Positions 7,682 to 16,053 of a DNA stretch of 64,000 nt are shown piece by piece. The notes under the pieces are model-generated. The model ran no database searches. It saw only the letters and a list, made by a program, of their open reading frames with translations, and was not told where the DNA came from. Numbering within the stretch: position 1 is the stretch's first letter; every line of letters begins with the position of its first letter. This DNA comes from Geobacteraceae bacterium (GTDB taxonomy: Bacteria > Desulfobacterota > Desulfuromonadia > Geobacterales > DSM-12255): assembly GCA_031412995.1 (NCBI GenBank), contig JANOEC010000028.1, positions 15,458 through 79,457 of the forward strand. Reading direction: 5' to 3'. Both the position numbers and the translations under genes were made by a program.

Positions 7682-8641
7682 ATGGCCGACGAAAAAACCA
7701 CGACCACCATTGACCTGAAAAATCTCAAGGCCGGAGGCTTCATCAAGGAGCGGGGCAAAGACCTGTTTACCGTCAGACTGCGGGTCCCCGGCGGCCGCTT
7801 GCCGGTGGAGCGGCTGAAAAAAATTGCCGAAGTAGCGGACAAATACGGCCAGGGGATGGTGCACCTGTCGGTGCGACAGTCGGTGGAGCTGATCAATGTA
7901 AACTTCAAGGACTTTGACGCCGTGGTGGCCGAACTGGGGGCAGGGGACCAGAAAGTCGCATCCTGCGGCGCCCGGGTCCGGGTGCCGACGGCCTGCGGCG
8001 GCTGCGAATACAACCCCAATGGTCTGGTGGATACCCAGGCGTCGGCCCTGGAAGTGGATCAGCAGCTGTTCGGCACCTCAACGGGTCACCATAAGTTCAA
8101 GGTTGCCTTTGCCGGTTGCCCCTTTGACTGCCCCAAATCAGCGACCAATGATGTTGGTTTTCAGGGTGCGGTCTGGCCGAAGCTGCATGCGGCTGCCTGC
8201 ATCGGTTGTGGCCTCTGTGCTAAGAGCTGTGCCGATGGGGCGATTGTCATGGGGGATGACCAGTTGCCGCAGTTCAGTGCCGAAAACTGCACCTGGTGTG
8301 GCGACTGCCTCAAGGTCTGTCCGACCGAGGCCTGGCAGGCCGCAAAACTGGGCTATACGGTGCGCATCGGCGGCAAGTGGGGGCGCTACCCTTTAGTTGG
8401 CACCCTGTTCGCCACCTTCCTCCCCGAAAACCAAGTGGTGGCGTTCATCGCCGCTGTGCTGGCCTGGTACAAGGAAAAAGCCGAAGAAAAAGGGAGAATC
8501 AGGCTCGGTGAAATCATTATTCAGGAAGGCCCGGACTCGCTGTTGACGACTCTGCGCCAGCAATTCCCCGACTCAGTCGTGGCGGCAACCATTCCGCCGC
8601 AGCGGATTGATACCCAGGTCGGCAAGCGTTTGGTCGGTTGA
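7682..8641 (+). CDS. small sulfite-reductase-like protein (siroheme/4Fe-4S nitrite-sulfite reductase fold with an inserted 2x[4Fe-4S] ferredoxin domain)
   Basis: Preferred start is ATG 7682 (RBS AAGGAAAAG); the track ORF from 7646 begins inside the repeat. Cys motifs are ACGGC...AGCPFDCP plus CIGCGLCAKSC and CTWCGDCLKVCP. Confidence 0.7.
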   Translation: MADEKTTTTIDLKNLKAGGFIKERGKDLFTVRLRVPGGRLPVERLKKIAEVADKYGQGMVHLSVRQSVELINVNFKDFDAVVAELGAGDQKVASCGARVRVPTACGGCEYNPNGLVDTQASALEVDQQLFGTSTGHHKFKVAFAGCPFDCPKSATNDVGFQGAVWPKLHAAACIGCGLCAKSCADGAIVMGDDQLPQFSAENCTWCGDCLKVCPTEAWQAAKLGYTVRIGGKWGRYPLVGTLFATFLPENQVVAFIAAVLAWYKEKAEEKGRIRLGEIIIQEGPDSLLTTLRQQFPDSVVAATIPPQRIDTQVGKRLVG

Positions 8642-8654
8642 GGAAGATAACGTA

Positions 8655-9503
8655 ATGAACGTAGTGCTACAGGAAAAATACGCGCAGCTGCAGCAGCAGC
8701 TCAAGGAGATGGGTGGCTGTGTTATCGCCTATTCCGGCGGGGTTGATTCTTCGTTCCTCTTTGCGGTAGCGGTGCAACTGCTGGGCGATCGTGCCCTGGG
8801 GGTGACGGCAACCTCGGCAACCTATCCGGAACGGGAACTGCGCGAGGCCGAGTCACTGGCGCGGCAACTGGGTGGTCGCCAGCGGACGATTGTCTCTGAA
8901 GAGCTGGATATCCCCGGCTTTGCCGATAACCCGACGAACCGCTGTTACTACTGCAAGGCAGAGCTTTTTGGCAAGCTGCGCCAGATTGCCGCGGCAGAGG
9001 GGTTGCCGTACCTCCTTGATGGCAGCAATGCCGACGATCGGAGCGATTTTCGCCCCGGTCGCCAGGCCGCCGCCGAGCTGCAGGTGCGCAGCCCACTTGA
9101 TGAGGTCGGTTTGACGAAGAATGAAATCCGCGAGCTTTCGCGGATGCTGCAGCTGCCGACGGCGGAGAAACCGTCCTTTGCCTGCCTCTCGTCCCGGTTT
9201 CCCTATGGCACTACCATCACCCGTGAAAAGTTGTCCCAGGTTGGTCGTGCCGAAGATGCCCTGCGTGATCTGGGGCTGCAACAGCTGCGGGTACGGCATC
9301 ATGACACCATTGCCCGGGTCGAGCTGGGGCCGGATGAGTTTCTGCGGGCTGTCGGCGCGCTGCGGGCCGAGGTGATTCGCGTGGTCAAGTCAGTCGGTTA
9401 TGCCTATGTGGCCCTGGACCTGGAAGGGTATCGCACCGGCTCAATGAACGAAACGCTGCAAGAATCTGAATTGCAGCTGAACCAGAAAGAGAGAACTGCA
9501 TGA
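8655..9503 (+). CDS. PP-loop ATP pyrophosphatase of the LarE/TIGR00268 type (sulfur transferase-like)
   Basis: Starts at ATG 8655 after GAGGAAG. Contains the SGGVDSS PP-loop plus three Cys residues (CYYC and FACLSSRFPYG) as in cluster-binding LarE homologues. Confidence 0.8.
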   Translation: MNVVLQEKYAQLQQQLKEMGGCVIAYSGGVDSSFLFAVAVQLLGDRALGVTATSATYPERELREAESLARQLGGRQRTIVSEELDIPGFADNPTNRCYYCKAELFGKLRQIAAAEGLPYLLDGSNADDRSDFRPGRQAAAELQVRSPLDEVGLTKNEIRELSRMLQLPTAEKPSFACLSSRFPYGTTITREKLSQVGRAEDALRDLGLQQLRVRHHDTIARVELGPDEFLRAVGALRAEVIRVVKSVGYAYVALDLEGYRTGSMNETLQESELQLNQKERTA

Positions 9504-9724
9504 AGACCATCGATCTGCGCGGGGTTAGCTGCCCCACCAACTTTGTCGAGGCCAAGCTGGCGCTGGAACTGGAAGAAACCGGGGCCACGGTGGCGTTTCT
9601 GCTGGATGATGGCGAACCGGTCAAGAATGTGCCGCGCAGCCTGAAAGCCGAAGGGCATAAACTGCTCGGGCTGAAAGAGGCTGAAGGACACTATGTGCTG
9701 ACCCTGGAAAAGGGAGAAGAGTAA
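9500..9724 (+). CDS. TusA/SirA-family sulfurtransferase
   Basis: 74 aa. The DLRGVSCPTNFVEAK active-site Cys motif is present. The start overlaps the preceding stop by 4 nt. Confidence 0.8.
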   Translation: MKTIDLRGVSCPTNFVEAKLALELEETGATVAFLLDDGEPVKNVPRSLKAEGHKLLGLKEAEGHYVLTLEKGEE

Positions 9725-9727
9725 GTC

Positions 9728-10429
9728 GTGAGGACCAACCGTTCTATCCCGACCCTGCCGGACACCGCTTCGCCCCAGGAAATCCTCCAGGTCGGCGTTG
9801 CCGTAGCCAATGGTCCGCTGAAGCTGGCCTGCTCCTTCTCCGTGGAGGATGTGGTGATCATCGACCTGATCCGGCAGCTTGAGTTGCCGATCGGTGTCTT
9901 TGCCATTGACACCGGTCGGTTGAATGAAGAGACCTATGAGGTGGCTGATGCCCTTGTTGACCGCTATCGGCTCAGCATCGACTGGTATTTCCCGAAAAAC
10001 GATGCGGTGGAATGCCTGCTGCAGAGTAAGGGGCCATTCTCGTTTCGCGAATCCCTGGCGAACCGGCAGGAATGCTGCCGGATACGCAAGGTAGAACCGC
10101 TTAGCCGGGCGCTGCACGGGCTGGCAGGCTGGGTAACCGGCATGCGCCGTGAGCAGAGTGTCACCCGGACCGACCTGGTGGCAATCGCGATCGATGTTGC
10201 CAACAACGGCATCCTGAAGATCAACCCACTGCTCAACTGGAGCAGCGAGCAGGTATGGGACTACGCAAAGGAACAGGGCATCCCGGTCAATCGCCTGCAC
10301 CGTCTGGGCTACCCTTCCATTGGCTGTGCCCCCTGCACCCGGGCGATCCAGCCGGGCGAAGATGACCGGGCCGGCCGCTGGTGGTGGGAAAACCCGGAAA
10401 ACAAGGAATGTGGCCTGCATAAGCGATAA
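9728..10429 (+). CDS. cysH: adenylyl-sulfate (APS) reductase, thioredoxin-dependent, Fe-S type (CysH family)
   Basis: 233 aa with a GTG start. The CC..RK..P and SIGCAPCT motifs mark the [4Fe-4S] APS-reductase subgroup. The C-terminal ECGLH catalytic motif is present. Confidence 0.9.
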   Translation: MRTNRSIPTLPDTASPQEILQVGVAVANGPLKLACSFSVEDVVIIDLIRQLELPIGVFAIDTGRLNEETYEVADALVDRYRLSIDWYFPKNDAVECLLQSKGPFSFRESLANRQECCRIRKVEPLSRALHGLAGWVTGMRREQSVTRTDLVAIAIDVANNGILKINPLLNWSSEQVWDYAKEQGIPVNRLHRLGYPSIGCAPCTRAIQPGEDDRAGRWWWENPENKECGLHKR

Positions 10430-10431
10430 CA

Positions 10432-10884
10432 ATGAGAATGCGTAGTAATATCGCCTTATCAATCATGGTGCTGCTCCTGTTTGTCGTAGCAAAGACCGCA
10501 GCTGCCGGTCAACCAATGCCCTATACCGATGAGGCATTGGCGAAATTGCACCGGGCAAAGGTAAACTATAAGGCTCCAGGGGTAACTCCCGGCAATGATG
10601 ATGCAAAGATACGACTGTATATCGAACGACAACGGAGCATCTTTGCTGACGCCGGTTTTGATTATGACCGTTCAATCATCAGAATCATCAATGACATTCA
10701 GTTTGATCGGTATGCGGTAAATCGGACAACCATCGAACTAAATAACCTGGCCCGCGAACTGTTGCGCCTGCATGTCAATACTGGTATTAACCCCACAAAG
10801 CATCTTGGGGTGGGTTTTGGTCAGCTGCTCATTGATTTCCGGAACCTGATTCGCAGCAATTCTAAAAAGTATGGCGGCTGTTGA
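10432..10884 (+). CDS. secreted hypothetical protein (AT-richer than its neighbours)
   Basis: 150-aa ORF with a signal peptide (IALSIMVLLLFVVAKTAAAG). No family recognised. Confidence 0.5.
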   Translation: MRMRSNIALSIMVLLLFVVAKTAAAGQPMPYTDEALAKLHRAKVNYKAPGVTPGNDDAKIRLYIERQRSIFADAGFDYDRSIIRIINDIQFDRYAVNRTTIELNNLARELLRLHVNTGINPTKHLGVGFGQLLIDFRNLIRSNSKKYGGC

Positions 10885-10903
10885 GCCCTCAGGATATGGA
10901 ATT

Positions 10904-11992
10904 ATGATTAATACCGCAGTGCAAAAGCGTACAAAGGTAGTTATTGCCATGAGTGGCGGGGTTGACTCATCGGTCAGCGCGGCGTTGCTTAAAGAACAGG
11001 GGTATGAGGTAGTAGGGGTATCCCTGCAGCTGTATGATCCGATCCCGAAGGAACCTGGCTGCCGCAGCAAAACCTGCTGCTCGCTGGACGACGTGCTGGA
11101 CGCCGGCCGGGTGGCGATGAAGCTGGGTATCGATTTCGAAGTCATCGACATGCGCGCCGAGTTCAAACAGCTGGTGATCGATTATTTCATCGCCGAATAC
11201 GCGGCCGGCCGCACCCCCAACCCCTGCATTCGCTGCAATGAACTGATCAAGTTTGATCTGCTGCTGCAGAAGGCAAAGGAGCTGGGTGCCGACTTTCTGG
11301 CCACCGGTCATTACGCTCGGGTCGAAGCGGATGCTGCCGGACAGCAACGGCTGTTAACCGGACGTGATCCGGCCAAGGATCAGTCCTACTTCCTCTTTAC
11401 TTTGAGTCAGGCACAGCTGCAGCTGGTGCTGTTTCCCGTTGGTCAGCTGGAAAAGACAGAGGTCAGGCAGCTTGCCGTGAAATTTGCTTTACCGGTGGCG
11501 CAAAAGCATGAGAGCCAGGAGATCTGCTTCATTCCTGATAATGACTATGTGAAATTTCTGGAGACTCACGGCATCGCCCAGAACCCGGGTGAGATTGTGA
11601 CTAGGGATGGTTCGATTATTGGGCGGCACTCAGGATTACACCGTTATACAGTTGGCCAGCGCAAAGGGCTTGGCATTGCCTGGCCCCATCCGCTGCACGT
11701 AACCGATATTGATATTGCGCGAAACCGGTTGGTGGTTGGTGGATACGAAGAGCTGTCAACCTCCGTGTTAAGAGCTGCTCAGGCAACTTGGAGTGTGGCG
11801 CCGCCATCAGCTGAGTTCAGGGCAACCTGCCGCATCCGCTACCGGCACCAACCGGCAGACTGTACCGTCCACATGCTGGCCGATGACCGCTTTACCGTTC
11901 ATTTTGACACCCCGCAGACATCCGTGACCCCGGGCCAGGCCGCGGTTCTTTACAATGGTGATACCGTCATTGGCGGTGGATGGATTGAATAA
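10904..11992 (+). CDS. mnmA: tRNA 2-thiouridine(34) synthase
   Basis: Contains the [11 protein letters not shown]-loop, NPCIRCN and ATGHYAR. The start is taken at internal ATG 10904; ATG 10871 is also possible. Confidence 0.9.
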   Translation: MINTAVQKRTKVVIAMSGGVDSSVSAALLKEQGYEVVGVSLQLYDPIPKEPGCRSKTCCSLDDVLDAGRVAMKLGIDFEVIDMRAEFKQLVIDYFIAEYAAGRTPNPCIRCNELIKFDLLLQKAKELGADFLATGHYARVEADAAGQQRLLTGRDPAKDQSYFLFTLSQAQLQLVLFPVGQLEKTEVRQLAVKFALPVAQKHESQEICFIPDNDYVKFLETHGIAQNPGEIVTRDGSIIGRHSGLHRYTVGQRKGLGIAWPHPLHVTDIDIARNRLVVGGYEELSTSVLRAAQATWSVAPPSAEFRATCRIRYRHQPADCTVHMLADDRFTVHFDTPQTSVTPGQAAVLYNGDTVIGGGWIE

Positions 11993-12003
11993 GGAGTAGT
12001 TTT

Positions 12004-12909
12004 ATGAGCAAGAACCTGACGCACTTACAACAGCTGGAAGCGGAAAGCATCCAGATTCTCCGGGAAGTGGTGGCTGAATTCACCAACCCGGTGATGCTTT
12101 ACTCCATTGGCAAAGACTCGGCGGTCATGCTGCATCTGGCCCGCAAGGCCTTTTACCCGGCACCGCCACCGTTTCCACTGCTGCACGTGGACACCACCTG
12201 GAAGTTTCGCGAAATGATCCAGTTCCGGGACCGGATGGCGGCCGAATGTGGTCTCGACCTGATCGTTCATGTGAATGAGGAGGGGGTAAGGCTGGGGGTT
12301 TCCCCCTTTACCCACGGTTCGTCACTCTATACCGACATCATGAAGACTGAAGGGTTGAAGCAGGCGCTGAACAAGTATAAGTTCGACGCGGCCTTTGGTG
12401 GTGCCCGCCGCGATGAGGAAAAGTCGCGGGCCAAGGAGCGAATCTTCTCCTTCCGCAGCAAAAATCATCGCTGGGATCCAAAGGACCAGCGGCCGGAGCT
12501 CTGGAGTCTGTACAACACCCGGGTCAAACCGGGGGAAAGCATCCGGGTCTTTCCAATCTCCAACTGGACCGAACTGGATGTCTGGCAATACATTCACTTG
12601 GAACAGATTCCGATCGTACCGCTCTACTACGCGGCAGTCCGGCCGGTGGTGGAGCGGGACGGCATGCTGATCATGGTGGATGACGAGCGCATGGACCTGC
12701 GGCCAGGAGAAGAGATTCAGTACAAATCGGTTCGCTTCCGCACCTTGGGGTGCTACCCCCTGACCGGGGCGGTGGAATCGGAGGCAGATACTCTGCCGCA
12801 AATCAACCAGGAGATGCTCTTGACCAAGACCTCGGAGCGCCAGGGGCGGCTGATCGACCATGATTCGGCGGGGTCAATGGAAAAGAAGAAGCAGGAAGGA
12901 TATTTTTAA
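12004..12909 (+). CDS. cysD: sulfate adenylyltransferase subunit 2
   Basis: 301 aa. Contains [18 protein letters not shown] and a C-terminus of [12 protein letters not shown]. Confidence 0.95.
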   Translation: MSKNLTHLQQLEAESIQILREVVAEFTNPVMLYSIGKDSAVMLHLARKAFYPAPPPFPLLHVDTTWKFREMIQFRDRMAAECGLDLIVHVNEEGVRLGVSPFTHGSSLYTDIMKTEGLKQALNKYKFDAAFGGARRDEEKSRAKERIFSFRSKNHRWDPKDQRPELWSLYNTRVKPGESIRVFPISNWTELDVWQYIHLEQIPIVPLYYAAVRPVVERDGMLIMVDDERMDLRPGEEIQYKSVRFRTLGCYPLTGAVESEADTLPQINQEMLLTKTSERQGRLIDHDSAGSMEKKKQEGYF

Positions 12910-12993
12910 AACCGCTCAGGGCTCTGGGCCTGGGGCTCGGGATAATCTCTTGAGCCCTGAACCCTGAGCCCTTAGCCCATAACTGAGGTAATC

Positions 12994-14670
12994 ATGGCAC
13001 ACCAATCAGAGTTGATTGAACAAGATATCCTGGCCTACCTGAAGAGCCAGGAAGAAAAGTCGCTGCTCCGCTTTATCACCTGCGGTAGTGTTGACGACGG
13101 CAAAAGTACCCTGATTGGCCGTCTGCTCTGGGATTCCAAAATGGTCTTCGAGGATCAGCTGGCGGCCCTGGAGGCGGACAGTAAACGGGTCGGTACCCAG
13201 GGGGGCGCTATTGACTATGCCCTGCTGCTGGACGGGCTGCAGGCGGAGCGGGAGCAGGGGATCACCATTGATGTGGCCTATCGCTTCTTCTCCACTGACA
13301 ATCGCAAGTTCATCGTTGCCGACACCCCGGGCCACGAGCAGTATACCCGCAACATGGTAACCGGTGCCTCCACCGCCCAGGTAGCAGTGATCCTGGTGGA
13401 TGCCCGCAAGGGGCTGTTGACCCAGACCCGACGCCATAGTTTCCTGGTCTCCCTGGTTGGCATCAAGCATGTGGTGTTGGCAATCAATAAGATGGATTTG
13501 ATTGACTTTGATCAGGAGCGGTTCGATGCGATCGTGCGCGACTACCAGCAGTTCGCCGCCCCGCTCGGCTTTGCCTCCATTACCGCCATCCCGCTCTCGG
13601 CCTTGAATGGCGACAATATGATAGATGCCAGCGCGAACACCCCGTGGTACACCGGGCCGACCCTGATGCACTTTCTCGAGAACTTTGCGGTCGCCGGGGA
13701 TAACCGGGAGCAACCGTTCCGGATGCCGGTGCAGTGGGTAAACCGCCCCCATCTCGACTTCCGCGGTTTTTGCGGCACCATCGCCGCCGGTACGATCCGA
13801 CCGGGAGACGAGCTGCGGGTAGCCGCATCCGGGAGTGTCAGCCGGGTAGCTCGCATTGTCACCATGGGGGGCGATCTGGGGGAGGCAACCGCTGGCCAGG
13901 CCGTGACCCTGACCCTGGCGGACGAAATTGACGTCAGCCGGGGGGATATGCTGACCGCACCTGATGCGCCACCGCTCCATGCCCGCCATCCGGAGGCACA
14001 CCTGGTCTGGATGCATGACGAGCCGCTGCAGCTGGGGCAGGTCTACCTGGTCAGGACCGCGACGGCCATAACCCCTGGTCGGGTTACTGACATCCAGTAT
14101 GTGGTGGATGTCAATACCCTGGAGCAAAAGCAGGCACCGTCCCTCGGACTGAACGAAATAGGCGTGGCCCGCCTGGAGCTGGACCGCCCAATTGCCTTTG
14201 ATACTTATCAGCAGAACCGGGATACGGGCAGTTTCATCCTGATCGACCGCTTCAGCAACGCGACGGTGGCAGCCGGCATGGTAATCGCGACCGCGCCGGA
14301 CAACTTCCGGACCACCCACGAGGTATCGTTTACATCGGCTCCGGTAGTTGGTGATGTCCCGGCCAAACTGATCTCTTTGGGTGATAACGCCATTGGCGGC
14401 CATGGGGTAAGTCTGGTGGACCTGACCGGCGAGGAAAGTTCGCTGATATTTACCGTTGAAACCAGCTTTCTTGACTATCTTGGCCAGGGGAATAGGTTAC
14501 TGTTTCGTCTGCGTAATCTGGCACAGCTGGCAGCAGTGGCACAATTGGCGTATGAGCAGACCCTGTCGTTTGAATTTGACCGGACCGCAGATGGCGTGAG
14601 CCTGATGCTGTTTAAACGGAGTATCAGGCAGGAGAGCGGAGTGCATGCCGATGACGGAACCGGGATCTGA
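12994..14670 (+). CDS. cysN: sulfate adenylyltransferase subunit 1 (GTPase) with a C-terminal extension of about 115 aa of unknown type
   Basis: G-domain motifs [17 protein letters not shown] and NKMD are present. The protein is 558 aa versus about 475 aa for E. coli CysN as I recall it. The tail has no P-loop. Confidence 0.9.
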   Translation: MAHQSELIEQDILAYLKSQEEKSLLRFITCGSVDDGKSTLIGRLLWDSKMVFEDQLAALEADSKRVGTQGGAIDYALLLDGLQAEREQGITIDVAYRFFSTDNRKFIVADTPGHEQYTRNMVTGASTAQVAVILVDARKGLLTQTRRHSFLVSLVGIKHVVLAINKMDLIDFDQERFDAIVRDYQQFAAPLGFASITAIPLSALNGDNMIDASANTPWYTGPTLMHFLENFAVAGDNREQPFRMPVQWVNRPHLDFRGFCGTIAAGTIRPGDELRVAASGSVSRVARIVTMGGDLGEATAGQAVTLTLADEIDVSRGDMLTAPDAPPLHARHPEAHLVWMHDEPLQLGQVYLVRTATAITPGRVTDIQYVVDVNTLEQKQAPSLGLNEIGVARLELDRPIAFDTYQQNRDTGSFILIDRFSNATVAAGMVIATAPDNFRTTHEVSFTSAPVVGDVPAKLISLGDNAIGGHGVSLVDLTGEESSLIFTVETSFLDYLGQGNRLLFRLRNLAQLAAVAQLAYEQTLSFEFDRTADGVSLMLFKRSIRQESGVHADDGTGI

Positions 14671-14671
14671 T

Positions 14672-14791
14672 AGGTTGTTCAGAAACAGCCATCTCGCCGC
14701 CGTCCTCGTCACTTCCTTGTGCGGCGTAGCGCGGCTACGCCTCCGCGGTCGTTTCTGCGGGTGCGCAGATCTGACTATTTTTGAACAACCT
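14672..14791. repeat. MITE/REP-like 120-bp element with inverted ends
   Basis: The ends AGGTTGTTCAGAAA and TTTTTGAACAACCT are inverted repeats. An internal GC palindrome GGCGTAGC-GCG-GCTACGCC is present. The element starts 2 nt after the cysN stop. Confidence 0.45.
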
Positions 14792-14839
14792 GAGCTTTTA
14801 ATAACCTGCTGAATGTCACCGTGAGGGTGAAACTTTTTA

Positions 14840-14868
14840 TTGACTTTATTAGTCGGGTTCGGTATTTA
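14840..14868 (+). promoter_or_regulatory. candidate sigma-70 promoter of the sbp operon
   Basis: TTGACT, 17 nt, TATTTA. CTATAG at 14875-14880 lies just downstream. Confidence 0.3.
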
Positions 14869-14967
14869 TAAAAACTATAGAAATTGTATTTAACTATTCC
14901 CCTCCGGCTGGGGGATTTATTTCACGCCTAAAATCTACCAAGTCTACAGACTACAAAGGAGCTTGAA

Positions 14968-15975
14968 ATGAAGACGACCCTGCTGCGGAAACTTGCTGCC
15001 GTAGCCACCCTGACCCTCACCCTGTCGATACCCGGTTTTGCCGCTGCCGATACCACGCTGCTCAATGTTTCCTATGACCCAACCCGTGAGTTGTACGCCG
15101 ATTTCAACAAGGTGTTTGCTGATTACTGGAAAAAGAAGACCGGTGAAACGGTCACCATCAAACAATCTCACGGTGGTGCCGGCAAGCAGGCCAGGGCGGT
15201 CATTGATGGGTTGGAAGCTGATGTGGTTACTTTGGCCCTGGCCTACGATATTGATGCTATCGCCGAAAAGGGTTTGATCAAACCGGGTTGGCAGAAGGAA
15301 CTTCCCCACAACAGTTCGCCCTACACCTCCACCATCGTCTTTCTGGTCCGGAAGGGCAATCCAAAGAATATCAAAAATTGGAACGATTTGGTGAAACCCG
15401 GGATTGCGGTTATTACTCCCAATCCGAAAACATCTGGTGGTGCCCGCTGGAACTATCTGGCAGCCTGGGCCTTCGCCAAGAATCAACCAGGCGGTAACGA
15501 TGCAAAAGCCAAAGAATTTGTAACTAAACTGTTCAAAAATGTGCCGGTTCTGGATTCTGGTGCTCGTGGTTCCACTAATACCTTTGCGCAGCGTGGTTTG
15601 GGGGATGTGTTGCTGGCCTGGGAAAATGAGGCATTTCTGGCAATCAATGAAATCGGCCCGGATAAGTTTGATATCGTAACCCCGCCGGAAAGCATTTTGG
15701 CTGAGCCGCCGGTGACGGTGATCGATAAGGTAGCAGACAAACACGGTACTCGCAAAGTCGCTGAAGAATACCTGAAGTATCTCTACACGGATGAGGGGCA
15801 GAAAATTGCCGCCAAACACTACTACCGGCCGATTAACCCGAAAATTCCGACCAAACTGGCCAAAGTGAAGAAGCTCTATACCATCGACAAGGATTTCGGT
15901 GGCTGGCAGAAGGCCCAGAAAGCACATTTTGCCGATGGCGGTCTGTTTGATCAGATTTACAGCCCTACGAAATAA
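14968..15975 (+). CDS. sbp: sulfate/thiosulfate ABC transporter substrate-binding protein
   Basis: 335 aa with a signal peptide. Contains [28 protein letters not shown] and [12 protein letters not shown]. Confidence 0.9.
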   Translation: MKTTLLRKLAAVATLTLTLSIPGFAAADTTLLNVSYDPTRELYADFNKVFADYWKKKTGETVTIKQSHGGAGKQARAVIDGLEADVVTLALAYDIDAIAEKGLIKPGWQKELPHNSSPYTSTIVFLVRKGNPKNIKNWNDLVKPGIAVITPNPKTSGGARWNYLAAWAFAKNQPGGNDAKAKEFVTKLFKNVPVLDSGARGSTNTFAQRGLGDVLLAWENEAFLAINEIGPDKFDIVTPPESILAEPPVTVIDKVADKHGTRKVAEEYLKYLYTDEGQKIAAKHYYRPINPKIPTKLAKVKKLYTIDKDFGGWQKAQKAHFADGGLFDQIYSPTK

Positions 15976-15982
15976 TCCCGCT

Positions 15983-16006
15983 GCGGGGCAGTTTCGACTG
16001 CCCCGC
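15983..16006 (+). promoter_or_regulatory. intercistronic 10-bp perfect stem-loop with a UUCG tetraloop
   Basis: GCGGGGCAGT-TTCG-ACTGCCCCGC lies between sbp and the cooS-like gene. No T-run follows. Confidence 0.6.
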
Positions 16007-16053
16007 CCATTCGAGTTTCATGGTACTGCCTGATCCCGAGCGAGAGGAAGCGC

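Noticed and set aside
9404-10462. 352-aa ORF antisense to TusA/cysH
   Set aside because: It overlaps two well-supported genes on the other strand and has no family features.
12910-12993. GAGCCC/CAGGGCTC-rich imperfect hairpin between cysD and cysN
   Set aside because: The pairing is imperfect and the window holds only one copy. It is probably a simple intercistronic structure, and I could not support more.
13006-14403. 465-aa ORF antisense to cysN
   Set aside because: It is a shadow ORF opposite a gene with unmistakable GTPase motifs, and shows no recognisable motifs of its own.
14326-14670. CysN-CysC fusion
   Set aside because: The extension is too short (about 115 aa) and has no Walker A or APS-kinase motifs.
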